Positions 13,607-27,221 are shown, counted from the whole stretch's first letter. The stretch is DNA of 63,671 bases, filler included, from Octopus bimaculoides (GCF_001194135.2; 7 parts of 7 records of this genome joined end to end with filler, not necessarily neighbours in it), one strand, 5' to 3'. Notes: a model not told the origin generated them from the letters alone. Program-made: numbers and translations.

Positions 13607-13879
13607 NNNNNNNNNNNNNNNNNNNNNNNNNNNNNNNNNNNNNNNNNNNNNNNNNNNNNNNNNNNNNNNNNNNNNNNNNNNNNNNNNNNNNNNNNNNNNN
13701 NNNNNNNNNNNNNNNNNNNNNNNNNNNNNNNNNNNNNNNNNNNNNNNNNNNNNNNNNNNNNNNNNNNNNNNNNNNNNNNNNNNNNNNNNNNNNNNNNNNN
13801 NNNNNNNNNNNNNNNNNNNNNNNNNNNNNNNNNNNNNNNNNNNNNNNNNNNNNNNNNNNNNNNNNNNNNNNNNNNNNNN

Positions 13880-13963
<84 letters not shown>

Positions 13964-14044
13964 TGATAGATAGATGATGGTAGTCTGAGGGAAGCGTTTC
14001 TGCAATTTCTTACTGAGCAACCAGCCCAAATGAGTTCTTTTTAG

Positions 14045-14240
14045 TGCTGTACATTAGCTCACTCACCACATCAAATCGACGTGGCCTGAAGTGCACAGTA
14101 ATCCACACGTTAGGTGTCGAAGTGATCGTAGAGCAACGTGAGTTGAATTGTTTTGCTCAAGTACACAACGCACTACCCGGTCCAGGAATTGAAACCATGA
14201 TCTCACAATTGTGAGTACAACACCCTAACTACTAGGCCAT
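14045..14240 (-). mobile_element. Diverged tRNA-derived SINE (family D, CORE-like)
   Basis: Minus strand TGGCCTAGTAGTTAGGGTGTTGTACTCAC..GTGAGATCATGGTTTCAATTCCTGGACC has A and B boxes followed by GCGTTGTGTACTTGAGCAAAACA. A related head is at 32130-32207. Confidence 0.7.
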
Positions 14241-14801
14241 GAGAGAGAGAGATGGATAGATTGATAGATAGATAGATGTAGATGTACATATATGCATACA
14301 TATGCATACATGCATACGTATATATGAGTGTGTGTATATATGTGTGAAGATGCATACGCACATTCATACACATATATGTATGAATGTATGTAGCGAAAGA
14401 GAGAGAAGGCAGTGTGAGACATACTTATACATGATAAATGCAGACAATAAATGCGAAAACGAGGATATAAATACATAAGCATATGTGGATATAGACCCTT
14501 CAAACAATTATATCTATGTCTCCTGCTCCAACAAAATTACAATCTTAGAACACATAGTAAATTATACAAGATAACATATGTAAACAAATCAAATCTGATA
14601 CAGAAAATGGCCAATGTTGGAACGAACCTGTCCATATCAATCTATGCAAATATTGATATACAATATGAAGGACAGCTTTTCTTTGAATCTTCAAATATAA
14701 TATGGTATCTCTCTCTATATATAAACATATGAACGCCTGTGTACGTGTATGCATGTATATATGTATGTACATACATACATACATACATATATGTATATGT
14801 G

Positions 14802-14849
<48 letters not shown>

Positions 14850-15393
14850 NNNNNNNNNNNNNNNNNNNNNNNNNNNNNNNNNNNNNNNNNNNNNNNNNNN
14901 NNNNNNNNNNNNNNNNNNNNNNNNNNNNNNNNNNNNNNNNNNNNNNNNNNNNNNNNNNNNNNNNNNNNNNNNNNNNNNNNNNNNNNNNNNNNNNNNNNNN
15001 NNNNNNNNNNNNNNNNNNNNNNNNNNNNNNNNNNNNNNNNNNNNNNNNNNNNNNNNNNNNNNNNNNNNNNNNNNNNNNNNNNNNNNNNNNNNNNNNNNNN
15101 NNNNNNNNNNNNNNNNNNNNNNNNNNNNNNNNNNNNNNNNNNNNNNNNNNNNNNNNNNNNNNNNNNNNNNNNNNNNNNNNNNNNNNNNNNNNNNNNNNNN
15201 NNNNNNNNNNNNNNNNNNNNNNNNNNNNNNNNNNNNNNNNNNNNNNNNNNNNNNNNNNNNNNNNNNNNNNNNNNNNNNNNNNNNNNNNNNNNNNNNNNNN
15301 NNNNNNNNNNNNNNNNNNNNNNNNNNNNNNNNNNNNNNNNNNNNNNNNNNNNNNNNNNNNNNNNNNNNNNNNNNNNNNNNNNNNNNNNNNNNN

Positions 15394-15459
15394 ATTAACA
15401 CCAAATATACGGTGCGTGTGTTTTTATTGGCTAAACTGGCAATATGACCATCCCCAAGT

Positions 15460-15467
<8 letters not shown>
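15394..15467 (+). mobile_element. Second copy of the same repeat terminus, truncated by a gap
   Basis: ATTAACACCAAATATACGGTGCGTGTGTTTTTATTGGCTAAACTGGCAATATGACCATCCCCAAGTACAACAAT is the reverse complement of 830-902 with about one mismatch. Confidence 0.9.
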
Positions 15468-15506
<39 letters not shown>

Positions 15507-15819
15507 GATTGATACGGAAGATTGAGTGTAACTAGAAGCTTTATGTAGCACAACAATCGTTTCGGCTGCCCTAGTGGGTAGGGAACGATGTAATGCCATC
15601 AGATGCATCGCACAGTGCAGAGAGCCTCATCATGTGACGTAACATGCTTCAATAGTTATAAGATTTACATTTTCGTTCCATGTTTGATGCTTGTGGTGCT
15701 ATGGTGCGTTGCTAGTTGTTCACACACAATGTATGTTAGAAAATCTCTAAAAGAGATGAAAGCAGTAAGTATATATTGCGAGTTGGAATCAACTACTGCT
15801 ATCTCTAGCGGATGAGTAT

Positions 15820-15868
15820 CCACTACCGAAGATGACCATAAAACGGTCGAAGCTATACGGTCTTGTGG
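15820..15868 (+). ncRNA. Decayed hammerhead motif, probably inactive
   Basis: CCACTA-CCGAAGA-T-GACC-ataaaac-GGTC-GAAG-ctatacg-GTC-TTGTGG. Stems I and II are retained, but the core has U4>C and A15.1>G. Confidence 0.5.
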
Positions 15869-16092
15869 TCTCGCGGCTGGAAGATGGTAAGGGTTCACTA
15901 TCCTACTTGCAATATATATCAGGTGCTGATTGCATCAAATAACCAGCTGGGGGAGGCGTCCTCCTGGAGTTAAAAATATTAGTTGCGTCGGTTCCTACGG
16001 AACAGCCATACTTAAGTGGCTGTAATCATTACTTATACACACACACATGCACACACACACATATATACATACACACACACACACACACACAC

Positions 16093-16126
<34 letters not shown>

Positions 16127-16479
16127 NNNNNNNNNNNNNNNNNNNNNNNNNNNNNNNNNNNNNNNNNNNNTTAATTAATTAANNNNNNNNNNNNNNNNNN
16201 NNNNNNNNNNNNNNNNNNNNNNNNNNTATATATGTTTATGTATGTATTTATGTGTCTGTTTGTCACCCCCCATCATTACTTGACAACCGATGTTGGTGTG
16301 TTTACGTTCCTGCAACTTTGCGGTTCGGCAAAATAGACCAACAGAATCACTATTAGGCATAAGCTCTGGAGTTGATTTGTTCGACTAAAGGCGGTGATCC
16401 AACATGGCCGCAGTCAAAATGACTGAAACGAATAAAAGAATAATATATATAAGGAACGGAAACAATGTTGACATTCAAA

Positions 16480-17861
16480 ACTCAAAAGTTTGCAGCTCAT
16501 TTAACCCAATTGAATAATTTTCCAGAGATTTAGAATAAAAATGATTTTTTGTTTTCGGAATATCTACAGTGTTCTAGAAGATTCGCGGAAGTTTCGTTTG
16601 TGAGCGTTTATAGCCGTTGCATCGGTTATGACAATATGGCCGCAGAGTGAACACCATCACCATGGGTAAAAATAAACAAATTTGTCAAGACCTCCGTGAG
16701 CGTTTTGTTGACCTTCATGAGAGTGGCAATGGGTACAGAAAAATCTCTGCACCGGCGTAATGTAGCCCTGAGTTCAGTTAGTACGATAATACGTAACTGG
16801 AAACATCGCAATTCCATTCTCTCTCTCTAGTCCGTTCCGGTCTCCCACGTAAGTTAGCAGAGCAAGCAGTAAGAAGACTTGCAAGAACAGCTAGTAATAG
16901 ACCACAAAGCCCACTGGAGGAACTGCAGGAAGATCTGGAAGCATGTGAAGTACATGTGAACAAGAATGCAATTAGTAGATCCCTTTGTTGTTATGATCTC
17001 TTTTCTCGTTTTCCAAGAAAGACTCCGTTGCTTCAGAAACGTCACGTTGAAGCTCGTTTGGCCTTTGCAAAAAAAAACCCCATCTAAATGAACCGGCAGC
17101 ATATTGGGGAAACCTAGATTTGTTTAATGAAACTAAGATTGAGCTTTCCGGCAGAAACTCGATCAGTAAAGTTTGGAGAAAGAACGGCATAGAATACGCG
17201 CCAAAGAATACTATCTCTACAGACAAATTCGGAGGCGGATCAGCAATGGTATGGGCATCTTTTTGCTCATCAGGTGACGGGAGAATGGAAGTAATCGAAG
17301 GAAAATGGATGGCAAAAAATCTAGGGAGATTTCATAGAGATGTTTAATACCTAGCGCTTTCGCCCTAAACTTGGAACAAGGATGGGCCTTTCATCAGGAT
17401 AACGATTCAAGACACGCTGCAAAGCTGACCAAGAACTGACGGAAAACAATTGGGATTATTGTTCTGGGATGGCCAAGTCAATCTCCAGACCTTAATCCGA
17501 TCGAAAATTAGTGGAAAGAATTGAAACTCAGAGCTCAAATAAGTAGCCCGCGGAACTTACAAGAAATGAACAGAATTTGCGTGGAAGAATGGGGAAAAAC
17601 AGGTCCCACCACATGTGTTTAGGAGACAATTCAAAGCACCTGCAAGGTCTCATCATCAACAAGGGTTATGCAACTAAATACGGATTTGATTGAATAAATT
17701 TCTGTGTTTTGAATTTCAACTTTCTTCCATACAACATTGCTTCCGTTCATTATTATGTAATTCTGATTGTTACATTGAATTTATTACAAAAAACTCCATA
17801 AATGGTGGAAATTTCATTAACTTGCGTTAACTCAATATATGTAAACTTGCATTTCTGACAG

Positions 17862-17863
<2 letters not shown>
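16480..17863 (+). mobile_element. Inactivated Tc1-family transposon, second subfamily
   Basis: ATG at 16662 (MGKNKQICQDLRERFVDLHESGNGYRKIS), followed by PRKTPLLQKRHVEARLAFAKK, NETKIEL, KFGGGSAMVW, FHQDNDSRH and WPSQSPDLNPIEN, with many stops and frameshifts. Degenerate TIR-like ends lie near 16480-16523 and 17808-17863. Confidence 0.9.
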
Positions 17864-17909
<46 letters not shown>

Positions 17910-18630
17910 CATGTGCGACGGGCTTCTTTCAGTTTCCGTCTATCAAATCCACACACAAGGCTTTGGTCGGCTCGAGGCTATAGTAGAAGACACTTGCCCA
18001 AGGTGCCACGCAGTGGGACTGAACTCGGACCTAAGTGGTTGGTAAGCAAGCTACTTACCACACAGTCACTCCTGCGCCTGTATAAAATACACACACGTAT
18101 ATACGCAAATACAGAAGACACGTGTTATAGACAGGACAGTATCGTAGAGTGATCTAATTTCATTAAAAGTATTTTTATATACTTTTTTTAATAAATATTT
18201 TGCGTTTAATTCGAAGCAACAACGTTCTAAAGTCCAATTAGCATTTCGAGACATTCTTAGCCTAATTATTATTTAAAGGAAATGCCACAACCATTGTTCT
18301 ATCGTTTGTGTGCTTTGCAAATCGCCATAAATGATCGCGAGAGTAACGTAATATGCAAATACATCCTCCAATTAATTGAACAAAGATTTGAGCGGAAATA
18401 CCACTATGCAAATTAGAGAGGCTAGTTTAGCTCTGTTCCACCTATTTAATACTGGTTTGAAATTTTGGCACAAGGTCAGCGACTGCAAGGGACCGGATAA
18501 GTCGATTAGATCGACCCCCATTGCTCAAATAGTATCTTTGAAACAAGTAAGAGATAAAAGATATCTATGTATCTATCTATCGGTCTATCTATCTATTTAT
18601 TTATCTCTCTCTATATACAGAGAGATGGAA

Positions 18631-18675
<45 letters not shown>

Positions 18676-18685
18676 NNNNNNNNNN

Positions 18686-18734
<49 letters not shown>

Positions 18735-20083
18735 GGTTTTATAGCTTTCGGTCCAACAAAACTATTCCCGAGATGCCACGCAGTGGAACTGAACCCACGG
18801 CTATATGTTTGAGAAGCAGGTTCCTCATACATACACCCACGCCTATGCCTATGTATGTATGTATGTATGTATGTATGTATGTATGTATGTATGCATGTAT
18901 GTGTGCATGCATGTATGTATGTATGTATGTATTATGTATGTAGAACTCGTATAGTTAGTTTGAGAGATAGATAGAGTATCCTGAAGCATGTGTGCCATCT
19001 TGGTTAAACTTCGTAAACTCCTTTCTCGAGAAGTTTTGGCACTTCGTGTTGATCTATTCACATCAATTGAATGAACACCCATTTAAGGAACGCCCTCCCA
19101 CCTTACTTCACTTCGAACTGTCTTCGATTCCCGGATTAACACCCTATTAGCACCAACTCCTTTCACTCGAGTTCGATTCACTTCATTTCACCAGAGTTCA
19201 TTTTTTTTTATTCATTCCATTTCAACCTCCTTTTCTTTATGCCTTCAACTTTTTTATCACATCTTTTTTTCCCAAAAATCCCTCTTTTCGACAATCAATT
19301 TAAATGGGCTACATTTTTTTTAAAAATCACTCCTTAAATTTAAATTCCATATTTTTATTATAGTACGAATATATATCTTCATATTTTCATATTGTCATAT
19401 TTTCATCCATTTTTTTCATAAACATATTTTACGAATCTACAATTTTTCTTCAAATTTTTATTACATATATATTTTTTTCAGCGCATAAGAACATTTTTTC
19501 TCATCAACTCTACCGCCTTACCAGATTCATCACCCCTTTTCACGTCCTCTGAATCCATCGCTCATCCATTGCAGTTCATTGTTCCGTGGTTTGAAATCGT
19601 ACTTGTACCATTCTTCCGTGGTTTTTTAATATGCATTTTTGTATCCGCCTTCCGTTCGAACATGTAGCTATTCACTGAGCATGCGTCCAAATTAAAAAAA
19701 AGACCGATAAGAATGTGAACGTATTTGTCTTGGAGTGTGTATATGAACATATGTGTGTGTGTGCTTATAACTCTGTGCGAGCTTCTAAGAGCATATGTAC
19801 ATACTTACACGTGTCTGTGTGTGTGTGTGTGGGGGGGGTCTGTGTGTGTGTGTGTNNNNNNNNNNNNNNNNNNNNNNNNNNNNNNNNNNNNNNNNNNNNN
19901 NNNNNNNNNNNNNNNNNNNNNNNNNNNNNNNNNNNNNNNNNNNNNNNNNNNNNNNNNNNNNNNNNNNNNNNNNNNNNNNNNNNNNNNNNNNNNNNNNNNN
20001 NNNNNNNNNNNNNNNTGTGTGCATGTGCGTGTAAGTATGTGTGTGCGTGTGTGTTTATAAGTATGCTTATAAATATGTTGTCC

Positions 20084-20118
<35 letters not shown>

Positions 20119-20864
20119 CGTGTACGTATGTGTATGTTGTGTGTGCGCACGTGTGTGTGTGTGCATGTGTATGCATGTGTGTGCGTGCGTGTTGTGTGAG
20201 TCTATGTGTGTGAGTGCACGTGTATGCGTGTGTGTGTATGTCTGTATGTGTGTGTGAGCGTGTGAGCGTGTGTGTGTGGGGGGGGGGGGGGTGCTTGTTT
20301 AGAAGTGTGTGTAAAATTAAGAGACACTGAACAGAAAGAGTTTCACAATTTAAAGAATTTGTTTTTATTTATTTTTAACTTTTCATTTTTTTATTCACAT
20401 TTTCTTTATAAAATGTGTTTTTTTTTTACTTCGTTAGATGTCTCTCTCTTTCATCTTTTACTTGTTTCAGCCATTGGGCTGAGGCCCCGCCGGAGCACCG
20501 CCTTGACAAGTTTTAGTCGAACAACTCAAACCTCTGTACTTTATTTTATTTCCTATGTTATTGTTTCTCTTTTGCCGAACCGCGAAGTGACGGGGACATA
20601 ATACTAATATCTGTTATCAAGCGGAAGCAGGGGCTGATGCGCACGCAAAGAACAAAGACACACTCACACACACACGCATAGACACATACACATTCAAACA
20701 CATTTTCATACATAGTACATACATATATGTGTGTGTGTATGTGCGTGTGTATGTGTGAGTGTGTGTGTGCGCGCATCTATCTATCCATCGACCGATCTAT
20801 CTATATCTTTTTCTTCTCTAGTTTTAGCTCGAGAGCTGCAGCCATGCTAGGGCACCGTCATTTG

Positions 20865-20952
<88 letters not shown>

Positions 20953-21060
20953 AGTCAATTTAAACATGAACAAACAAGAAAAAGCACGAAAAAACAACGC
21001 GAGGGCGTGGAATATGTACAGTGTTATTAGACGCTCAGGAAAGGAAAGAAAAGAAAGAGG

Positions 21061-21095
21061 ATTTAACGTTTCGATCGGAGATCTTCGTCAGAAAT
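21061..21095 (-). ncRNA. Minimal type I hammerhead ribozyme motif with intact core
   Basis: Minus strand reads ATTT-CTGACGA-A-GATC-tcc-GATC-GAAA-CG-T-T-AAAT. Stem I is ATTT/AAAT, stem II is GATC/GATC, stem III is the palindromic ACGT, and the predicted cleavage triplet is GUU. Confidence 0.75.
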
Positions 21096-21194
21096 ATAGT
21101 AAAAGTCCAAAGAAGGGAAGACGGAGAAAGAAAAAATATATATATATATACACCCCTCCCCACATATATATTGAAGAATGTAACGAGCGAGAAA

Positions 21195-21510
21195 GTGAAT
21201 GACAATGACCTTTTTGTGTGCACAGTCTGTGACAGACCATGCCTGTCTTTTGCTGGCCTCAGATCTTATCTGCAACCGCATGGAAAACGAACCTCCACCA
21301 ACTGTTCTACCTATATGTCTGTGCACACCTTTGAATGCAGTGTTTACCAGAAGGTTTGCAAATCCAACGGAGGCCACAAAAGACATTTTAAGATCCACAC
21401 AGAGCAGAACTTATCTGCAGCTCTTGGTGATCCAAATTGGATATGCAATCTATGTCAGTGTCTTTTCAGAACATTTAAAAAGCAACATCAGATGCCATGA
21501 TGGAGTAAGA
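21195..21510 (+). pseudogene. Three decayed C2H2-type zinc fingers without Kruppel linkers, probably a LINE ORF2 C-terminus
   Basis: CTVCDRPCLSFAGLRSYLQPH, CSVYQKVCKSNGGHKRHFKIH and CNLCQ..(frameshift)..HLKSNIRCH. No TGEKP linkers. The CxSxxGLxSH pattern is typical of non-LTR retrotransposon C-terminal fingers. Confidence 0.6.
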
Positions 21511-21529
21511 ATTCACAAAAAATTGTAGA

Positions 21530-21870
21530 GGAATAACTGACTTGTCTTTCTGACATTTTCTCTTGAAAATGTCAGAAAGACAGGTCAGTTATGTACGCCG
21601 TCTCATAAGAACTTTTCTTTTCCTGGGAATCTTGTTTTTAGGTGTAGTGGCCTTTCTCTTTGAGATAAAATTGTCGCATATGGCTTGCATTATGGACATG
21701 AATGTTTTCAATTTCATGTCGGTGTCAGGTGTGAAGGGGCACTGGAACCAATCCTGTTTGGTGATTTCTTTCTCTGCTGATTTCCAGTCTGCTTCGTGGT
21801 AGTTCAGATTGAATAGATTTTGGGTGCTTCTCATGGGCTGCATGTCTGCGGGTTCCTTTGGTCCATACAT
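21530..21870 (-). mobile_element. CR1/L2-like LINE ORF2 fragment (linker between endonuclease and RT)
   Basis: LFNLNYHEADWKSAEKEITKQDW...MSIMQAICDNFISKRKATTPKNKIPRKRKVLMRRR resembles the LNF..ANW...DW...C..+IP.RK....KIPRERR+LMR+R segment of CR1-group ORF2. Confidence 0.65.
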
Positions 21871-21897
21871 GGTCAGCTCTATTATGTTGTGATCTAC

Positions 21898-21952
<55 letters not shown>

Positions 21953-21975
21953 CATCCATCCATCCATCCATCCAC

Positions 21976-22083
<108 letters not shown>

Positions 22084-23524
22084 AAATCTGGCCGTCCGTC
22101 TGTCTGTCTATATGTATGTCAGACCTCTTTCAAGTTTCTGTCTACTTATTCACTCACGAAGCTTTGGTCAGCTCAGAGCTATTGTAGAAGAACTTGCTCA
22201 AGGTGCCACGCAGTGGAACTGAACCCGGAATTATTGCAGTTGGGCAGCATTCTTCATACCATACCACATACAAATACTTTTGAAAGCTCCTTTGTTTAAA
22301 AAATTCTATTATGCTCTATTTATAAAGTTAAGGTTTGGGAATTGAAGAAGATTTAGTTGTTATTTCTAGCAGGTGTAATGACTACGCTCGCTGGTACATA
22401 TCAAAATAATTAATGAATGTAGAAAATCACATAAAAAAACACAAACGTGTTAAAATTTCACAAGTTCATTAATTTTTGTCAGCGTAATTCGACTAATGAA
22501 TGTGAGAAATCTTGAAGTACAACTTATTAATGAATTTTTCATCCTGTCTGTCGCTCAAATTTTCTTTCATTCTCGCCTTGCGTAAACGAAGGTTATAGCA
22601 TAAGTATAGACAAGCGGGCATAAGTGTTTCATTAACTGACATAGGTCATTCAAAATGAATGGAATGTGGTCGTAGAATGTCGCTTCCTGTAACACAAAAG
22701 GTAATACTTTCTAATACATTGTCTCCATTACGAGCGAGGCATTTGCGCCGCCATCGTTGAAACCAGTTCTCGAAGCCGCGCTCCGAAGGAATTTACACAC
22801 ACACACACGCACACGTGTGTGTAGGTATAAACACATGTTATGTAAAGGGGTAGGCGTGGGTATGAGGTATGAAGCTTGCTTCCCGACCACATAGTTCCGC
22901 GTTCAGTCCCACTGCCTGGCACCTTGGACAACTTCTACTATAGCCTCGGGTGAACCAAAGCCTTGTGAGTGGATTTGGTATATANNNNNNNNNNNNNNNN
23001 NNNNNNNNNNNNNNNNNNNNNNNNNNNNNNNNNNNNNNNNNNNNNNNNNNNNNNNNNNNNNNNNNNNNNNNNNNNNNNNNNNNNNNNNNNNNNNNNNNNN
23101 NNNNNNNNNNNNNNNNNNNNNNNNNNNNNNNNNNNNNNNNNNNNNNNNNNNNNNNNNNNNNNNNNNNNNNNNNNNNNNNNNNNNNNNNNNNNNNNNNNNN
23201 NNNNNNNNNNNNNNNNNNNNNNNNNNNNNNNNNNNNNNNNNNNNNNNNNNNNNNNNNNNNNNNNNNNNNNNNNNNNNNNNNNNNNNNNNNNNNNNNNNNN
23301 NNNNNNNNNNNNNNNNNNNNNNNNNNNNNNNNNNNNNNNNNNNNNNNNNNNNNNNNNNNNNNNNNNNNNNNNNNNNNNNNNNNNNNNNNNNNNACGATGA
23401 ATATATGTGGAATTCCAGCAGCTCTTACTTCTTTGGAGTAGAGTACACATATATTTTGAAACATGTGTAGGGATTAAAGGAACTTTTATTTATATGCGTT
23501 TTGCTCCATTTATTGTTATCATTC

Positions 23525-23566
<42 letters not shown>

Positions 23567-25744
23567 TCCGTTTTGGGATTTCGTTTACAAGATTCTTTAT
23601 GTGTTAAAGCATATTCTGTTGTGTCTCGGGAGAGTCACTCTCTTTTAGTGCCTTATTATTTAACCACTGGGCCATTGCACTTTCACATGTATATGTATTA
23701 CTTAACGTTTAATTACTTAATCTATTATTTATTACTTATGTTTTTATATTACTTAATGTAATTTTACGATGTTAGTTCTCTGTAAATGCTTTATATTGAA
23801 CGGACATATCCTTTTAATTTATTTAAATTTATTATTTTTTTGCCATTAATTAATTAATTTGCTCTGTGTATACAGGTCTTTTTCATTCTATTGAAGCTAA
23901 TTTTTGATTTAAGGTTTTCTTCAATTTTTATAATAATGTGATTTTAAATAATTTCAAATAGCCAGTTATTAAAAAAACCGTTAGTTGAAAGGACCAATGA
24001 AACAAAACCATTTTCAAATGTGTATCTATCATAGTAATTGTATACCGATGCATATAACCATATTTTGTTCCATCCTAAACCAAAACTGTCCGACGAACGG
24101 GCAAGTGGTGTTTTTGCAGCTTTTTAAAATAAAGTGTATATACTCTACCACCGGTATTCGAGTACTTTTTTTTTTGCTTACTTTGGTACCTTGGGTAAGT
24201 GTCTTCTACTATGCACTCGGGCCGACCAACACCTTGTGAATGAATTTGGTTGACGGAAACTGAAAGAAGCCTGTCGTATATACTTATATATATATATATA
24301 TATATATNNNNNNNNNNNNNNNNNNNNNNNNNNNNNNNNNNNNNNNNNNNNNNNNNNNNNNNNNNNNNNNNNNNNNNNNNNNNNNNNNNNNNNNNNNNNN
24401 NNNNNNNNNNNNNNNNNNNNNNNNNNNNNNNNNNNNNNNNNNNNNNNNNNNNNNNNNNNNNNNNNNNNNNNNNNNNNNNNNNNNNNNNNNNNNNNNNNNN
24501 NNNNNNNNNNNNNNNNNNNNNNNNNNNNNNNNNNNNNNNNNNNNNNNNNNNNNNNNNNNNNNNNNNNNNNNNNNNNNNNNNNNNNNNNNNNNNNNNNNNN
24601 NNNNNNNNNNNNNNNNNNNNNNNNNNNNNNNNNNNNNNNNNNNNNNNNNNNNNNNNNNNNNNNNNNNNNNNNNNNNNNNNNNNNNNNNNNNNNNNNNNNN
24701 NNNNNNNNNNATATATACATGTATTATTTAAAAGAGTTCCAACTGTCTGTTTTTTATGTTTTATTTATATTCTTATAAAATTAATGTGGGATATAGAATA
24801 TGGAATATATAATATAAATAGTAAAAATGAAATGAAGTATTGAATCTCTTATTGAATATATGAAATATTGAGTATTAAATATAAAGTATTAAATATATAA
24901 GGACTAATATACTTTCCTGCCTCATGGCAGTCATCAAGGTCTCGTCTGACAAATGTATATATGTGTGTGTGCATATATACATATATATATGTATACACAC
25001 CCATATATATATATATATACATATAAATATGGGTATGGGTGAGAAAGAGAGAGGGGGTGTATATACACTCTATACACTCACATTATTTCTGTCTTTTAAC
25101 CACAAGCAGCAGGCTGACTTATATTTGAGAAAATCGAATGCTTCACCGGGTCAGTCCTCTGTGTATACATACATACATACATACACACATACACACACAT
25201 ACATACATATATACATACATACATACATACATATATACATGCATACATGCATACGCACAATCATGCATGCGTTTGTGTATTGTAACCCACAGAACCAGGT
25301 CGACCTAGAGTTGAGAAAGTTGTGATTGTGTGCAGTCAACTGGAAAAATTATCGTGTACAAGCTTTAACCTGTTACACTAATGGTTCCCACTACATGTAT
25401 ACCTGGACAGCTGCTGTTCTCACCGAATTACCAAACCGAAAATCGCCTTTGATTGCGCCAGCGTCAAAGACATGTGTAGCCATAGAAATGGCCTGTTTGT
25501 ATTCTGGCAATTTTGTTGGTGGGCCTATATTTTTCTATGTATGTATGTATGTACGTATGTCGTCGTGTGTGCGTGTCCGTGTCCGTGTGTGTGTGTGTGT
25601 GCGTGTGGTCATATATATTGTATGCATGTATTGAATGTAGGCCTGTATTTATTCTAGATATTCATGCGTTGTACATTTGCGCGCGCACACAGGCACACAC
25701 AGACAGACACACATACGCACACACTTAGATATACATATACATAT

Positions 25745-25804
<60 letters not shown>

Positions 25805-27221
25805 ATATATGTATATACATGTATATATATGCATATATATAGGCATATGTATACATATATATATGTGTATATATATATACATATACTTATTTCTGGTCCC
25901 TAAACTTAAGTACCATATTCACCTGAATCTAAATTTTTTACGGAACTTATCTACCAAATTTTTTCGCCATGAAAGGTTTGTATTTTTAAACCGAATGTAG
26001 TTTTCTGGTGTTATATTTAATATTTATTTTTCCTGAAGATGTGTAAAGAAATTTTGATTTATTAAGTCTTAATGAATTCTTTATACTGAAATATATATTG
26101 AAGAAGATAAATATGTTCATTTAAATATATACGTTTTTGCGTCGTAACTCCTATATTATCATATATATATGTATGTATATATATATATATATAATGGTTT
26201 GGAATAAATAGAATGTCAACCGGATGGTGTATGTCGTTTTGTATCCTCTCCATTTTCTTATTTGCCATATAAATATATATNNNNNNNNNNNNNNNNNNNN
26301 NNNNNNNNNNNNNNNNNNNNNNNNNNNNNNNNNNNNNNNNNNNNNNNNNNNNNNNNNNNNNNNNNNNNNNNNNNNNNNNNNNNNNNNNNNNNNNNNNNNN
26401 NNNNNNNNNNNNNNNNNNNNNNNNNNNNNNNNNNNNNNNNNNNNNNNNNNNNNNNNNNNNNNNNNNNNNNNNNNNNNNNNNNNNNNNNNNNNNNNNNNNN
26501 NNNNNNNNNNNNNNNNNNNNNNNNNNNNNNNNNNNNNNNNNNNNNNNNNNNNNNNNNNNNNNNNNNNNNNNNNNNNNNNNNNNNNNNNNNNNNNNNNNNN
26601 NNNNNNNNNNNNNNNNNNNNNNNNNNNNNNNNNNNNNNNNNNNNNNNNNNNNNNNNNNNNNNNNNNNNNNNNNNNNNNNNNNNNNNNNNNNNNNNNNNNN
26701 NNNNNNNNNNNNNNNNNNNNNNNNNNNNNNNNNNNNNNNNNNNNNNNNNNNNNNNNNNNNNNNNNNNNNNNNNNNNNNNNNNNNNNNNNNNNNNNNNNNN
26801 NNNNNNNNNNNNNNNNNNNNNNNNNNNNNNNNNNNNNNNNNNNNNNNNNNNNNNNNNNNNNNNNNNNNNNNNNNNNNNNNNNNNNNNNNNNNNNNNNNNN
26901 NNNNNNNNNNNNNNNNNNNNNNNNNNNNNNNNNNNNNNNNNNNNNNNNNNNNNNNNNNNNNNNNNNNNNNNNNNNNNNNNNNNNNNNNNNNNNNNNNNNN
27001 NNNNNNNNNNNNNNNNNNNNNNNNNNNNNNNNNNNNNNNNNNNNNNNNNNNNNNNNNNNNNNNNNNNNNNNNNNNNNNNNNNNNNNNNNNNNNNNNNNNN
27101 NNNNNNNNNNNNNNNNNNNNNNNNNNNNNNNNNNNNNNNNNNNNNNNNNNNNNNNNNNNNNNNNNNNNNNNNNNNNNNNNNNNNNNNNNNNNNNNNNNNN
27201 NNNNNNNNNNNNNNNNNNNNN

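Noticed and set aside
19522-19680. Minus-strand segment ending at a strong GTAAGG donor (MDSEDVKRGDES)
   Set aside because: No long frame is open across the segment and no family was recognised; needs RNA-seq.
21021-21500. Tracked 159-aa ORF as an intact zinc-finger gene
   Set aside because: The N-terminal part overlaps the antisense hammerhead element and a TA tract, the fingers have lost ligands, and the third finger is frameshifted.
25350-25520. Minus-strand frame PPTKLPEYKQAISMATHVFDAGAIKGDFRFGNSVRTAAVQ ending at CAG/GT
   Set aside because: No polypyrimidine tract, weak donor and no recognised homology; its length is within chance.
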